A DNA stretch of 64,000 nt from an uncultured virus (IMG/VR IMGVR_UViG_3300047554_000670) (taxonomy: Duplodnaviria; Heunggongvirae; Uroviricota; Caudoviricetes): the IMG/VR virus record IMGVR_UViG_3300047554_000670; one strand, written 5' to 3'. This document shows, piece after piece, positions 12,601 to 22,736 of this stretch. The notes below the pieces were generated by a model. The model was not told the DNA's origin and did not search any database. It worked only from the letters and a program-made list of their open reading frames with translations. The position numbers were made by a program, and so were the translations under genes. Every line of letters starts with the position of its first letter. Within the stretch, counting starts at the first letter, position 1.

Positions 12601-13246
12601 GTAATTTTTCTTTCGTTACATTCGTAAGTAAAGGGATACCAAGTTTATCTTTATCCTCTAAAAAGTATGCTCCATTTGTGTAAAGCTCAAACAATGCATT
12701 AGTTGCACTTGCCCAACCTTCTCTACTATCACCAACTTCAATAGTGATTAAGGATTGGTCTTCACTTAGATATAACTTAGTGTGTTCAGTGTAGGAAGGG
12801 TTATCAAATCCGTATTCACCAAAATAACCTGTAAATTCAAGATTAAATACATTTACTACTTTAGAAAGCTTCTTAAGATTAACTTCTCGAATAACCTCAC
12901 CTTGTCCACAACCCAGAAATAGATTGTTAAAAGACCGAATAAAATCATAGAAACTAACAAACATAGTTCCTGAGCAGTTATAGAAAGCATAATAACCAAA
13001 CGGGTCATTCTCTTTATTACTACCGGCTGCCCACCAAACACGTCCACTAGTATTAGAAATTTCCTTATTAAAGAAATCAGATACAAGTTCTTCTTGTTCC
13101 TGTGTATACTCTCCCATACGAAGAGTGAAATCAAGTTGTCTTTTCTTTTGGTCTTGCTCTAGAAACTCCCATCGGTCCTCAATTCGTCGATAAGTACGAG
13201 CATTTACAGGATAACGAGTTAATGGATTAGAAAGATTAAAAGTCAT
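9629..13246 (-). CDS. nrdJ: Class II (AdoCbl-dependent) ribonucleotide reductase containing an intein
   Basis: YNCS, GDSREGW, VAGGQRRSA, NP/CGE active site, CNLS, KPEGS, HNTSSTI and C-terminal GCDSDFC. Confidence 0.93.
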   Translation of the reverse strand: MTFNLSNPLTRYPVNARTYRRIEDRWEFLEQDQKKRQLDFTLRMGEYTQEQEELVSDFFNKEISNTSGRVWWAAGSNKENDPFGYYAFYNCSGTMFVSFYDFIRSFNNLFLGCGQGEVIREVNLKKLSKVVNVFNLEFTGYFGEYGFDNPSYTEHTKLYLSEDQSLITIEVGDSREGWASATNALFELYTNGAYFLEDKDKLGIPLLTNVTKEKLQEALLNGYTIHVCLSSIRPYGTPCKGFGGIANPVYTEEFFTRLTNILNRVALTESQQINTLDCALINNEFAAWAVAGGQRRSAKIEQFDFDDPTADAKMNLWTQLDDGTWVADEEKKSLKFSNFTKLYFHKPTLEEVENAVRTQFICGEGAIQYVPVALARANVDLFENEDAIVKVNEAVDNQISFEELFSTAYKDKFGKEIDERELTHRVSRYQLNPCFAPGTIVMTREGYFPIETLVGKEVEVYDGTEWRKVDNFRVTATDQDVYDVELHDGSIITATAYHKFILVDGTEKQLKDLEVGDELMTTDIPPVEGTIKAKGAYLKGFLIGDGTSSNGKGAMCKIYAPKMVCLDRLFASQREMNGRTGSYEVGLTPSDRLKSLTAVEEDLNPWCYKYKHEFPYEVLNWDNESKANFIAGLFDADGTAQDSNSGFRYQLTSISRPFLEGLVLLLRTLGINSKIGPARKGGVKDFGPERGGLCNCKDTYRISLSQKDSIKLGQLCTFERLKDLGDKATLNSFKNKTNQVKQISFNSNAPEVYCCTVEGTNRFSIHAGLLVGNCGEVEGSDFMCNLSSTHLRPLIREFIVNKLNASDLAPLMYKAFYASALIMTPLLKHKFPDEKFAYSREIDPIVLASFTEGFEFFSWLFGPKWCEWWLAAPSGYESDDITCPPELYGRPDEWVQEHYDFSEEEHERISFVTSVVKTILSSKPEVKELLKNDVSFNIFDTIDSFLSNKSWGLDLGWMFTTYERIILTYWKLAVRDGVFDYCDEQGLKRPNRYSGLKPEGSQTLLTGYTNSWEPPKAAYYIRRITMDPATAVAKACYDFGYEVVPGQTDTDENGVLLNDPFDPRVKTWLVEIPIHVDTVPDWFDGSEVSALAQYKFWMQCQTYYTTHNTSSTILLKENEVETLAAQIYADIHNNKPYISTALLSRMGDTFPRLPYEKCTKEEYERRMNKIDTSIDFYKLVAKYDSAKDSFSGPSGCDSDFCEIKF
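10928..11947 (-). mobile_element. Intein (340 aa) with LAGLIDADG homing endonuclease in nrdJ
   Basis: Begins CFAPGT after NP and ends LLVGN before CGEV; LAGLIDADG motifs YLKGFLIGDG and FIAGLFDADG. Confidence 0.93.
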
Positions 13247-13910
13247 AAAATCTAATATACAAACAACGAAAGAGAAATATCCAGGAAGTTACCTTATATT
13301 ATTGAGGCCACTCGTACACGATATTAGTTTTTAAGTGACCAAGCTCAACTAGTCTATCAAGAAATCGTGTCTCTCCATAATCAAGCAGATGGTCATAAAC
13401 ATCTTTCAGTCTATCTAGAAAAGCTTCTAATGTGATTTTTCCTTGGTCACATATATAGAAATGGATACTCGTATAGTCTGTTAGCTCAATCTCTAAGAGC
13501 AAAGACCCCGCATTAATAATCTTTGGATAGTTCAAATAAGAGAGAAGTTCTACAATTCGACAATCCAAATAAACAGGGGTATTTTCTTCAAATGGAATAC
13601 GTAGATAGCTTATTCCCATGGGTTAACACCTAATTCTTCCAACTTATCTAGAAAAGCCGTCTCTTGATATTTAACTAGCCTCTCATGAACTTTCTTATCC
13701 TTTAGGCTATTGATAAAAGATTCCATAGTTACATGTAGTCCTACATCTGGGGTAATCACTATATCGTAGATTTCTACATTTACTCGGTGAAATATGTCAT
13801 CCCACTCAATGTAGTTATCCTTAAGTAAGTCAATAAGCTGTAAGACCTCTATATCAAAACCTACACATCTGTAATCACATCCACCTGATGCTAAAGATAT
13901 AAAAATCATA

Positions 13911-14834
13911 CTAGTTACTGAAGTGAAAACCTAAATCCTTAACAAGATACCCATAAGTAATGGGTTGAGCTTTAGCTACTAACCTATGTGTTTCATAAGC
14001 TTCTTCTAAAGTAGTATGGTCCTTAGTCCAACTATAATCATCAATACCTCGGATAGTCACTGTAAATTGATATTTACCCGATGTGTCTACCTCTATGCCA
14101 TACTTTCTACTATATTCATATCCAGGATTCCAATCTCGTAGCTCTAAGATACCCCAGTCTAAACCATCAAAGGTCGTGTGGCTCTGAGTAAAGTCATCCC
14201 AACATCTAACAATACCGTTCTCAAGATAGCCGGTAGAGTTAGTTTTATTGTAGAAATACCTAAGACTCTGTAGACTCTGTTCATCTTCATAAGCCCCATA
14301 GTATTCAACCCACTCTTCCCAAGATAAAGCTCTATCACTAGGAAGATGATGAATGATTGGAATACCTTGATGATAAATATCATTAGAGTATCCAACTTCA
14401 TGAATTATTTCAAAATAACCAAAATTAAGGTAATTCCAAAAACTATTTCGATATAAGTAAAGAGACTTAATATCTTTATTGCAAATCAGGCATTTCCAGC
14501 TATTAAAGTTCTTAAAAGGAAGACCTAAAAGGAAGTAAATATAATATACCCTATCCCAGTGTTCTCTTTCTAAAAGGTCAGCAACAAAATCAAAGTGTTT
14601 GAAATATAGGTATACCAGGTCTTCTACTTTAGGGGTTATTACATCCTTTGAGATAAACTTAACAAATACCCATACAGCTTCAGTAAATGCTTTCTTAGGT
14701 CCATACTTATAATCTCTTTGGTAAAAAGGCTGATTTAGAACCTTAAAGAACTTATCCCGTCTCCAGTTAGTCCCACTTTCAGTTTGCCCTTTAACGAACA
14801 TAAGAGACTTCCAAACCTTGTAAGCTTCATGCAT
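13911..14834 (-). CDS. Hypothetical protein
   Basis: 307-aa ORF in an operon. Confidence 0.6.
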   Translation of the reverse strand: MHEAYKVWKSLMFVKGQTESGTNWRRDKFFKVLNQPFYQRDYKYGPKKAFTEAVWVFVKFISKDVITPKVEDLVYLYFKHFDFVADLLEREHWDRVYYIYFLLGLPFKNFNSWKCLICNKDIKSLYLYRNSFWNYLNFGYFEIIHEVGYSNDIYHQGIPIIHHLPSDRALSWEEWVEYYGAYEDEQSLQSLRYFYNKTNSTGYLENGIVRCWDDFTQSHTTFDGLDWGILELRDWNPGYEYSRKYGIEVDTSGKYQFTVTIRGIDDYSWTKDHTTLEEAYETHRLVAKAQPITYGYLVKDLGFHFSN

Positions 14835-14839
14835 AAAAA

Positions 14840-16024
14840 CTACTCCTTAATAGAAGGAAAAATACGTTCCCAGTAAGTCCGTACCTCATAGGTCTCAGGA
14901 TGCCAATCAGAGATAATAATGTCTTTATTAGCTAGGTAGGGAGACCGACAACCAATAATGTCACCTTCATCACGACTACGGAAGGTAATCATATTCTGGT
15001 ATCGTCCATCATCAGTTAACTCTTTAGCACGAACCAGTAGTCCTTGAGTATCACAATTACGAAGAATACTCGCTTTACTCTTATTACCAGAAATCTCTAG
15101 GTCTGTAATAGAGAAAGTCCCATACCCATTTTTAGTAACCTCAGTATTCTTAGTATGAGCAAGAATAATTACACACTTATTAGCAAGAGACTCTAAAGGT
15201 TTAACTAACGAAAGAAAAGCTTTGGAATACCAATTCCATCCAGCACCCATAGGAAGTTCTGCTGTAACATCAGACCCTCTAAAATTCTTACCCGCTAGTG
15301 TCTCCTTATACATCTTTGTAGCTAAAGGATAAGCTAGTTCACCAATTACAGAAGTATTATCTAGAATAATGAAGTCATAAATGGGTTTACCCGCGTCAAT
15401 ATTAGCAGTCTTAATAAGCTCTATACTTTCAAAGTATAGAGTACCAAGACCTACAGGTGATTGTTTAGCCAATTTTCTTTCGTGGTTAATTAAAGGAAGT
15501 TGTTCAATAAGATTAATGTAATTCCCTCCAAACTTAGTAGCACTACCTTCTAAGTCAATAAGAAAACTATTAGGAAGTTGTAAGGTTGCAGAGGTCTTAC
15601 CTAATTTAGGAGGACCAGAAAGAAGCATTAAGGAAGGCTCTAAGTTAGTAGGAGCAAGAGGAGCAGTAGGTAATTGTAAAGGCATAATTTGGTTCTCCAT
15701 ATAAGGTGCAATAATGTATTCTTTACTAAGGGTAATCACTCCTAAAGAACATAGAAAGTCAAATTGTTCTTTAGTAAATATTTGTTCCAGAGATTTTTCT
15801 GGAATACTCATCTTTTTTAGCTCTTCATTCTTTGAAGAACGTACACAATCCACATAGTGCTTAAGACCATCAACTAGAGGAAATTCTAAGTCTTTCCCTC
15901 TATCAACTCTTACAATAATATAGCCTCCAAAATTAAGATAAATCTCCTCGAAGTCTACTCCTAGTTCACTGTTAGGGAATAGCTTTAACCATGACGCAAT
16001 AGTTTCAGGGATGGTGATTTCCAT
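14840..16024 (-). CDS. AAA_24/Sak4-like recombination ATPase with N-terminal extension
   Basis: Walker A GPPKLGKT, LIDLEG, IILDN and ILAH motifs. Confidence 0.75.
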   Translation of the reverse strand: MEITIPETIASWLKLFPNSELGVDFEEIYLNFGGYIIVRVDRGKDLEFPLVDGLKHYVDCVRSSKNEELKKMSIPEKSLEQIFTKEQFDFLCSLGVITLSKEYIIAPYMENQIMPLQLPTAPLAPTNLEPSLMLLSGPPKLGKTSATLQLPNSFLIDLEGSATKFGGNYINLIEQLPLINHERKLAKQSPVGLGTLYFESIELIKTANIDAGKPIYDFIILDNTSVIGELAYPLATKMYKETLAGKNFRGSDVTAELPMGAGWNWYSKAFLSLVKPLESLANKCVIILAHTKNTEVTKNGYGTFSITDLEISGNKSKASILRNCDTQGLLVRAKELTDDGRYQNMITFRSRDEGDIIGCRSPYLANKDIIISDWHPETYEVRTYWERIFPSIKE

Positions 16025-16383
16025 TTAGAACCTCATTCTCAACTAGATACTTAAGAAAAACATGGTCATCATTTAGTAGGTCTATAAAACAGACATATTC
16101 TGATTCCATAAGAGCACTAACTTTTAGCTTTAGTTCGTGCAAGAAACTCTCGTTAGTAAGATTATCAAAACTAAGCTCTAGGCAAAGTTCATCATGGTTA
16201 ATATTTAATCTAAGAGTTCTGTCATGTAAGTCTATAGATATGCAAGGGCTATCACAGGAAGCTATAAACTCAACTAATTTAGATGGTAATGTAACATCCA
16301 AATTGTTTTTCTCCTCATTGTAATAAGGTGTGAAATAATGTATACCGTCTTTTAAGTTTCTGGTATACCTTATTGGATTAGAA

Positions 16384-17721
16384 TTATCCCTCGGTTTCTT
16401 CAATGTCAATAATATCTTTATCCTTATTCCCTTGTTCCATCATACGAAAGGGAAAAGATTTGTTCTTGTAAATATCATACAGAGTTCCATTCCGTTCTAC
16501 TCGGATACAGACACCTTCTCGATAACATGTATTAAAAGTAGAAGGTTGTTCTGTTAGCAGTTCAATGAAACCCGATAAGTTCATAATATTCAAATCCTCT
16601 GAGGTGAACCTGTGTAGCATAGGCACAGTAATTACCTCAACTTTAGGATTATTTAGAACTTGAGCAATCTTATTCACTCTGTAGGTAATGTAGTCCCAAG
16701 GGTAAGTAAATTTAGTTCCTGTCTCTGTAATAAGGGTCCAGTTATAAATTGCTACCAATAGGGGGGATTCTGGTGTACGCCCATAACACCAGTTCATACT
16801 GTCACCCCATTGTTCAGCAAACTCCTTATCTACTGCCTTAGGGGACATATCATGTTGAATCTTACCCCCATCCAACTTATACCCTAGAATCTCATAATAA
16901 ACGGATTCTCCTTTCTTGATAAAAGGAGCAAGAACATCACTTACAAGATAACGATAAGAATCACGTCCAGAATAACCAAATTGGAGTGTTTGTCGTGTAC
17001 CTGTAACTAGTTGATACTCATTTGTATCAATCTTAATTTTCAGATATTTCTCAAGTAGATTCATCCACCAAGTTTTCTTTCGTTCTACCTGTACATACCC
17101 TGTACGACCCGATGTACCATGTAGCTTCTCTGTAACATAGAAAGTACAATTCTTTTTGTGCTTAAGTGCCTCTACTTCATATCGGAACTTCTTAGTCTCT
17201 AAGTGCATAGGAAGCTGAGTTAGCTCTTTCTTATTAGAAAGAATCTTTCTTCCTTGAAATGCCCCTAGGAGATACCCGGTAGATGAGAAATGAGATATAT
17301 GTAGCCTTTCACTAGGTACAACATACTTGTAACAAATCTCATGCCCGTTAAGACTTGTAAACGTATACCCCTCTCGAAATGCGCCTAGAGGATATCCCGT
17401 ATAGGTGAAATGAGATAAAGGTAACCAGAATCCTTCAGAACGTTGACCTCGAAAAGTTTGAGCTTTAACACGTCGCTGCTTAGGATCAATAAAACCTCCT
17501 CCAGTCTTTTTTCCATTCTCATCATATATGGGATATAGGTTGTTGGCCGTACAGAACTCATCCGTCAATGCACCATCAGAAGGAAAGAATACCCCTAACT
17601 GTTGGTCTTTAATATCAAGACCAATCACAACTTGACTACCCTGAGCCATCCCTAACTGAATCTTATCCGCATTAGGATGAGGGTAGGTCTTAATTCGACA
17701 AACAATAGCTTCATAGCTCAT
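16384..17721 (-). CDS. RNA ligase (DRB0094/Rnl2-like)
   Basis: HPNADKIQL N-terminal domain, TEKLHGTS motif I, EGVCIR and YKNKS. Confidence 0.88.
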   Translation of the reverse strand: MSYEAIVCRIKTYPHPNADKIQLGMAQGSQVVIGLDIKDQQLGVFFPSDGALTDEFCTANNLYPIYDENGKKTGGGFIDPKQRRVKAQTFRGQRSEGFWLPLSHFTYTGYPLGAFREGYTFTSLNGHEICYKYVVPSERLHISHFSSTGYLLGAFQGRKILSNKKELTQLPMHLETKKFRYEVEALKHKKNCTFYVTEKLHGTSGRTGYVQVERKKTWWMNLLEKYLKIKIDTNEYQLVTGTRQTLQFGYSGRDSYRYLVSDVLAPFIKKGESVYYEILGYKLDGGKIQHDMSPKAVDKEFAEQWGDSMNWCYGRTPESPLLVAIYNWTLITETGTKFTYPWDYITYRVNKIAQVLNNPKVEVITVPMLHRFTSEDLNIMNLSGFIELLTEQPSTFNTCYREGVCIRVERNGTLYDIYKNKSFPFRMMEQGNKDKDIIDIEETEG

Positions 17722-17736
17722 GGTAATAACCCCTTC

Positions 17737-18614
17737 TTAGATAAAGTACGTATCACACCACCAAACATAGTCCCAGAACATATACTGATGTCCTAAGATG
17801 CCACAATCATCATCTAAGTTCCCACATCGTGTATGACCCAGATAGTAATACAGTAGGTCTGTATAATTCTCACCATCCCGAAAGAAAATGATTCGATACC
17901 AAAGACGAATAGTAAGAACTAAGTCATCCATGAACCAACCTAGCTCATAAGCAATTGGCCATACCGGATGGTCATAGTAGCAATCACGGATAAAATCCAT
18001 ATAGTCTTCACTAAAAGGGTCACTATCAGGATATTCAGATAGAGAATACTCACCTGATATGAGATTAAAAAACACTCTAGTGTACTTAGGGTCTGTATCT
18101 AAAGTCCAGAGTAGGCGTAACCAGGCACTGAAGTTTTCAAGATTATCTGAAAGACCTGAGATTAGGGAATTGTTCATAGATGATTCCAAAACATATATTG
18201 GTTACGCAGAGGAGTATTGTATAAGTCATTGCATGGGGTATGCCCTAAAAAATAATAGAACAACTCCGTAAAGTTTTCACCCCCACGAAAGAAAACAATC
18301 CTATACCAAAGAACTAGGGTAAAGATTAAATCATTTGTAAAATGACTTAATTCATGAGCAATAACCCCTACTGGATGAGATGTATCAGAATCATCTAGAA
18401 AGTCAATATAGTTCATATGGAAAGGGTCACACTCAGGATAATCCTCCGTAGTATCATATTCACCGGCTAACCAATCAAAAAATACTCTACTATATCTAAC
18501 ATCTGATTCCAATGTGAACATTAGTTTTAACCAGAAGTGAAGATTGTCTAGATTCTCTCTAAGTCCAACCGTTACAAAATTATGCTTAACACAAGTAATT
18601 AGAAAGTTATGCAT
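17737..18614 (-). repeat. Tandem pair of paralogous CDSs (17737-18189 and 18174-18614)
   Basis: Shared motifs GL.xNL, Y.RVFF, YP..DPF, HPV..IA.EL, LWYRI.FFR.GEN.T, LGHT.C and QYMFW. Confidence 0.85.
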
Positions 18615-19184
18615 TATTAATCCAAAAATATATCAAGGACTCGAATTAACTCCAACCAACTACGATTGTCTAATTGGTCTTTCTTCTTAATGTGTTCACT
18701 AATTAAGTCAAGAGTAGTTGTAGTAATTGGGTTAAGTTGAATATACTCTTGGTATTTAATCAGGTCATTACGAGTTCGTAGATAAGGCATAGTAGGATGT
18801 TCAATCCAGTATTGTTTAGATGTAGTATCCCAATCAACAACTTCTAAGTCTGAATCGTAATAAAGAACAGGCTTATAGCTAGGAGCATACACAGTGCTAA
18901 GAGCTTCTGTACCCTCTATCCAACGAGACCAAATCTTAACAACACAGCATTGGTCTGAATAAGGGTTAATAGTTCCACACTTAGCGTACTTAGTAACTTC
19001 TACTTTAAGAAACTGGATAGCCATTACTTAGACTCCTTATTTTCGTAGACTTCAATTGTGTAAAGAGCTTCTTTCTTTGGTTTCTTCTTTTCTTTCGTTG
19101 GTTTGGAAAAATCCCAAAACAGAAAGAATGCAATCACAAAAGGAGCAATTTCCATTGGTGAAACCTCATATTAAGTTTATGAAA

Positions 19185-19289
19185 AGACTAGACTGGGATC
19201 CGAACCCAGGGACTCCTAAGAATTGAGTATCATACCTCCCTCAAGAGTCTTTAGTATGTATCACCGTTCAACCACTCCGGCACCTAGTC
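19185..19289 (-). ncRNA. Atypical tRNA-like RNA with no canonical anticodon arm
   Basis: Acceptor GACTAGG/TCTAGTC, class-II type D arm CCG-GAGTGGTTGAA-CGG, T arm CTGGG-TTCGGAT-CCCAG; the central ~54 nt does not fold as a 5-bp stem with 7-nt loop. Confidence 0.65.
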
Positions 19290-19290
19290 G

Positions 19291-19363
19291 TGGCGGAGCT
19301 AGGATTTGAACCTAGGACTTACGGGGTATGAACCCGTCACGCTAACCACTGCGTCACTCCGCT
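19291..19363 (-). tRNA. Initiator tRNA-fMet(CAT)
   Basis: Cloverleaf with A1:C72 mismatch, GGG/CCC pairs in the anticodon stem and loop TT-CAT-AC; CCA not encoded. Confidence 0.93.
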
Positions 19364-19370
19364 ATTGACC

Positions 19371-19380
19371 ACTATAACAT
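19371..19380 (-). promoter_or_regulatory. Extended -10 promoter element for the tRNA pair
   Basis: TGTTATAGT located 7 nt upstream of tRNA-fMet. Confidence 0.45.
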
Positions 19381-19382
19381 AT

Positions 19383-19841
19383 TTATCTAAAGTGTGTAGT
19401 TGTGGGTTTCAATAAGTTAAATTCATTTTCTGGATGGTCCCAGTCGAATCTAGCCTCTACATCATCAAGAAAATTACACCAGGCATCAGCATAGCCTTCT
19501 TTTTCTTCATAATAATCAAAATTACCTAGCTGATCAAAATAGGCTCTATTATGATACTCTTCATGGTCCGTATGAAACATATATCGATACCACAGAAGAC
19601 AATCAAAGCGAAAAGAATTCGTTACCCAACGATCAACCTCCCAAGCAACTTTGTAGGGCCAATGGTAAATACTACTTAGGAAACTAAGTACGTGGTCAAT
19701 ACCAATTAAAAGGTTAGAGTCTTGATTATAAAGTTGCTCCTCTACCATGTCTTCTTCCTCAGGTGTTAACCCTAAGAACTCTGCTACAGTCCCAACTTTC
19801 CATCCGTTAGCTTCTAATTGTTCTTGTTTATTCTTGTTCAT
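19383..19841 (-). CDS. Hypothetical protein with an N-terminus resembling XRE/HigA-type antitoxins
   Basis: MNKNKQEQLEANGWKVGTVAEFLGLTPEEE, without a following HTH. Confidence 0.5.
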   Translation of the reverse strand: MNKNKQEQLEANGWKVGTVAEFLGLTPEEEDMVEEQLYNQDSNLLIGIDHVLSFLSSIYHWPYKVAWEVDRWVTNSFRFDCLLWYRYMFHTDHEEYHNRAYFDQLGNFDYYEEKEGYADAWCNFLDDVEARFDWDHPENEFNLLKPTTTHFR

Positions 19842-20184
19842 TAAAGTTTATCCTTAAGCCAAAATTTATGATTAAGATAAGAGTCTTTACGAATGTAGGC
19901 AATAAAAAAATAATAATCCGTGAAGACAGTAGGAGCATTCATGAGAATATTAAAGAAAGCTTTTTGTAAATCCTCATCTTCTGGCATATGAAAGATGTAA
20001 ATATGCCACAAAATAGCATTAGACTTTAATTCAAATACTACTTTATCAAGGTAACAATCAAGCTTAAAATAACAATCCTCTAATTTATTCCACATGGTAA
20101 ACCTCAATTACGGTAAACTCTACTTGTCTTTATGGTTAATATAAAATACGATATGGTTAAAGATAATCTATACCGATAAGCATT

Positions 20185-20481
20185 ATGAAATACTACACTT
20201 TATTTGATGTAATCGATTCTATGTTCACTTCTTCTTATAACGAAACTAAAGATGCCTTTACAGCTAAATTTAATATTGCTGGTACTAAGAAAGAAGATGT
20301 AGAGGTTAATGTTCGTTTCTACGATGAACGTCCTTATCTGCATGTAAAGAACTCAGGTCTCTATAGTATCCCTAGTTCTGTAGACACAAAAAGAATTACA
20401 GCTTCATACCAAGATGGAATGCTCACTGTAATTATGAATAAAAAGGAGTCTAGTAAAGGGTATAAGATTGTAGTTGATTAA
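20185..20481 (+). CDS. Small heat shock protein (Hsp20)
   Basis: IAGTKKEDVEV, IPSSVDTKRITASYQDGMLTV alpha-crystallin motifs. Confidence 0.88.
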   Translation: MKYYTLFDVIDSMFTSSYNETKDAFTAKFNIAGTKKEDVEVNVRFYDERPYLHVKNSGLYSIPSSVDTKRITASYQDGMLTVIMNKKESSKGYKIVVD

Positions 20482-21229
20482 AATTGTAATCCTCCACCAG
20501 TACAGTCTGTAATAAGCTTTGCTGGTGGATTATTGTTAAACCAATCTGTATAGAAGTAATAACCATTAGCATTAAACCTACTATCATACACCGAGTATGT
20601 ATAGGTATTGCAAGTAAACTGTAGCTGATAAGGAAAGTTAGTTGTAAAGGGGTAAGGCTTATTTGTTACGGGAATATTCGTTACTTTATAGCAATGTCCA
20701 TAATTAGTATGAAGATTTGAACATAAATAATACTCAGGTCTATACATTGGACTAGGGGACCGTTCATACAGAGCTTGGTTATAGGGTCCAACGAAAGTAA
20801 TTCCTAAAGCTAAAATTGTATTAATCATGATTCTGTTTCATAAATTATCTTTTGTACTACAGGTTTTCTACCAGACGTATCCCAAGAACTAACTAATTGT
20901 TCAAATTTAGGTAAGTCAGTATGATAAGGCAACGTAAACTCTACAACGTTATCAGGAAGAATCTTAGCTGCTAGAGGGAGATACGTTGGTTTGTTATAGA
21001 ATTTGATTTGAAGCCTTATCATACATAATATAGGTGATTACTCTTACTATGCTTTGTAGGTAATCGCTACAGCAATATACATCAACAACAGAATAAGCAT
21101 ACTTTGGAATGGGTTTATGTCGTATTGTAACATACGTATTCCTATGCTACCTACCACTGTATAGATAAATGCACACTTGATGCTGAATAAAAACAAAGAC
21201 CACCCTTTCATTGTTTTACCTTTGGTTAG

Positions 21230-22249
21230 TTAATCATTCAAGCCATTGTCGTATACAAAAGTGTAGACATCCTCACCTACATTTATAGTTGCGACCAATT
21301 CATCATTTGTGTCTTTCCATTTTTCTGTAACCTGAAAAGAGAGAGTAGAGTTTGTTGTGTATTCAAAATACTTAATTACATTTTTGTAATACAAGTCACT
21401 AACTTTATTAACCCCTAAAACATGTCCGATTGTTGAGTAGTTTCTCTGGATTAGAATAGTACTCTGTGTGTAGATACAAAGAGTGTCTAGAATTTCAGAA
21501 ACCGATAAGTCAGGATACAGAATGATTTCGTTAACAATAGTACTTACCAAATCAAAAGAAGCTGTATCTAACTTGCTAATTACAGTTAATGCTTTAGCTT
21601 TAATATCAGGGTCTAAAGTTAAGCTATCTGTAATCTGACTAACCTGTTGTTCACTAAGAGGTTTGAAGTAGAACTTATAACGAATCCGCCCAGGACGATT
21701 AGTCAAGTTAATAACAAAGCTTATCCTCTCATTAAGTCGATAATGATTAGTAGTGAAGATACTGAGAAGACGGGCTGTATTATTAGCTCCATCAAGAATA
21801 CCTAAAAGAGGCCAAGAGTACCCATTATCTAAGCTTTGCTTATCAAACTCTTCAAACAAAAGAACAAAACTCTGTTCAGGATACCACGAAAGAAATTTGG
21901 TAAAGGCTTCTAAATTATCATATACACCATCATTTATGATGATGGCAGGAAGACTCAACTTAGCTAGTAAGTTATTAAGAAAGAATGATTTACCAACTCC
22001 TCGTGGACCATATAGCATAACTCCCAGATTCTTACTTGTTTTATTCCACGTATTAAGAATACGTTGTTCAAAATGTGTATGAAAACCATAAATGTCTTTC
22101 TTAACACAAAGCTGACTAGTCTCTAATGATAAGCTATGCTGTTCACGTACAGTATTGTAAGAATAGTGGTAGATTCCAACAGGAAGATTATTTGTAACAC
22201 CTGTAGGAGGAACAAAATGCGTGTAGTCAGAACCTTGAATTGCAAACAT
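21230..22249 (-). CDS. AAA+ ATPase
   Basis: GPRGVGKS, LLFEEFDK, LDG, TTN and RPGRI motifs. Confidence 0.88.
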   Translation of the reverse strand: MFAIQGSDYTHFVPPTGVTNNLPVGIYHYSYNTVREQHSLSLETSQLCVKKDIYGFHTHFEQRILNTWNKTSKNLGVMLYGPRGVGKSFFLNNLLAKLSLPAIIINDGVYDNLEAFTKFLSWYPEQSFVLLFEEFDKQSLDNGYSWPLLGILDGANNTARLLSIFTTNHYRLNERISFVINLTNRPGRIRYKFYFKPLSEQQVSQITDSLTLDPDIKAKALTVISKLDTASFDLVSTIVNEIILYPDLSVSEILDTLCIYTQSTILIQRNYSTIGHVLGVNKVSDLYYKNVIKYFEYTTNSTLSFQVTEKWKDTNDELVATINVGEDVYTFVYDNGLND

Positions 22250-22736
22250 ACCAGGTCTCCTAGTTGTTAAAGTTTACTTTCGTACCTTTAGGAAAATACA
22301 TCTTACATGTCCTGTAAGGAACGGGCATAAATGGGGTTGGGTATTCAACCTCTACAAGACCTAACTTTTTGATAGCTTGGTCAATTTCTTTCATTGAATA
22401 GTTTAACGCTGCTTCCTGGTATAGTTCATAATCTCGTCTATATCCAAAAGAATAGACTTCATCAGCAACAAACTTTTCTACAGGTGTTAAATCTTCGTCA
22501 GTAGGCATTTGATGTCTTGGCTCCTTTACTTTTAGATACTTCTCACCGTGGATGTCTTCCAAAAATACAAAGTACGACCCAACTTTTAGGAATTTACCTT
22601 CTTCTAACAGCCTAATCATAGCTTCATAGGCAATAGAACCTGGAAACTCAGTACGTGCTAAATCAAACAAAGTAGCTTGATGTATCATCCCTCTATCTTT
22701 AACAATAGACAGAACAAACTCTATACTTCCCATAAG

